64,000 bases of DNA from Lingula anatina (taxonomy: Eukaryota > Animalia > Brachiopoda), in the NCBI GenBank assembly GCA_051362555.1, contig CM120641.1, forward strand, positions 39,128,401 to 39,192,400, written 5' to 3'. This document shows positions 63,744-64,000 of this stretch, piece after piece. The position numbers and the translations under genes are program-made. The notes beneath the pieces were generated by a model. The model saw only the letters and a program-made list of their open reading frames with translations. It made no database searches and was not told where the DNA came from. Within the stretch, counting starts at the first letter, position 1. Every line of letters begins with the position of its first letter.

Positions 63744-64000
63744 CAGTGGCGGATTTAGAGGGGGGGGGGGGGTCAGGGGGGTCCTGACCCCCTCTTCAGT
63801 TTCAGTAAAATATATCACACCAATATTCCCCTCTTGAAATTAGAATTTTGACTAGCTAAATCATAGTTCTAAACAGTATCAAAGGGCACTGTTTGCTCTC
63901 CAAAACAACAAATATTTTCGGGTCCCTTGAGCAGGCCCGAACCCCACACCAAGGGGGCGATGGTTGGCTTCGTATCAGAAGCCTGTCGTTCAGGACTCCC
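63744..64000. mobile_element. Repeat beginning CAGTGGCGGATTTAGAGGGGG..., same terminus family as 14135-14219, truncated by window end
   Basis: Start is the near reverse complement of the 14185-14219 arm (CCCCCCTTCTAAATCTGCCACTG). Confidence 0.65.

Overview
AT-rich, intron-containing animal genomic DNA (invertebrate; a lophotrochozoan is my inference from the calexcitin/SCP type, repeat content and mosaic CpG depletion). By manual GT-AG splice reconstruction I find six protein-coding genes: (1) a 13-exon bifunctional PAPS synthase (+, 3765-17118, ~622 aa); (2) a 6-exon DIPK2/DIA1 (FAM69-superfamily) divergent secretory-pathway kinase (-, 21322-24647, ~493 aa); (3,4) two tandem, largely disordered unknown genes (+, 27505-30724 and 35169-40299) that share an unrecognised N-terminal helical domain, an intron position and C-terminal motifs; (5) a gene with an intronless CDS for a 1220-aa protein with 11 CCHC zinc fingers (-, 45555-49217); (6) a 6-exon calexcitin/sarcoplasmic calcium-binding protein with unusual extensions (-, 53820-62333). 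Mobile DNA includes a 5'-truncated L1/Tx1-like LINE with a target-site duplication, a non-autonomous CACTA/EnSpm-like element, several MITE families and a short insertion carrying a decayed minimal hammerhead ribozyme. Best leads are the paralogous orphan gene pair (one with tau/MAP-like repeats), a possible APS-kinase-only PAPSS isoform via a 12-nt microexon plus alternative last exon, and the all-CCHC finger array. No database searches were run; all gene models are hand predictions and need transcript support.
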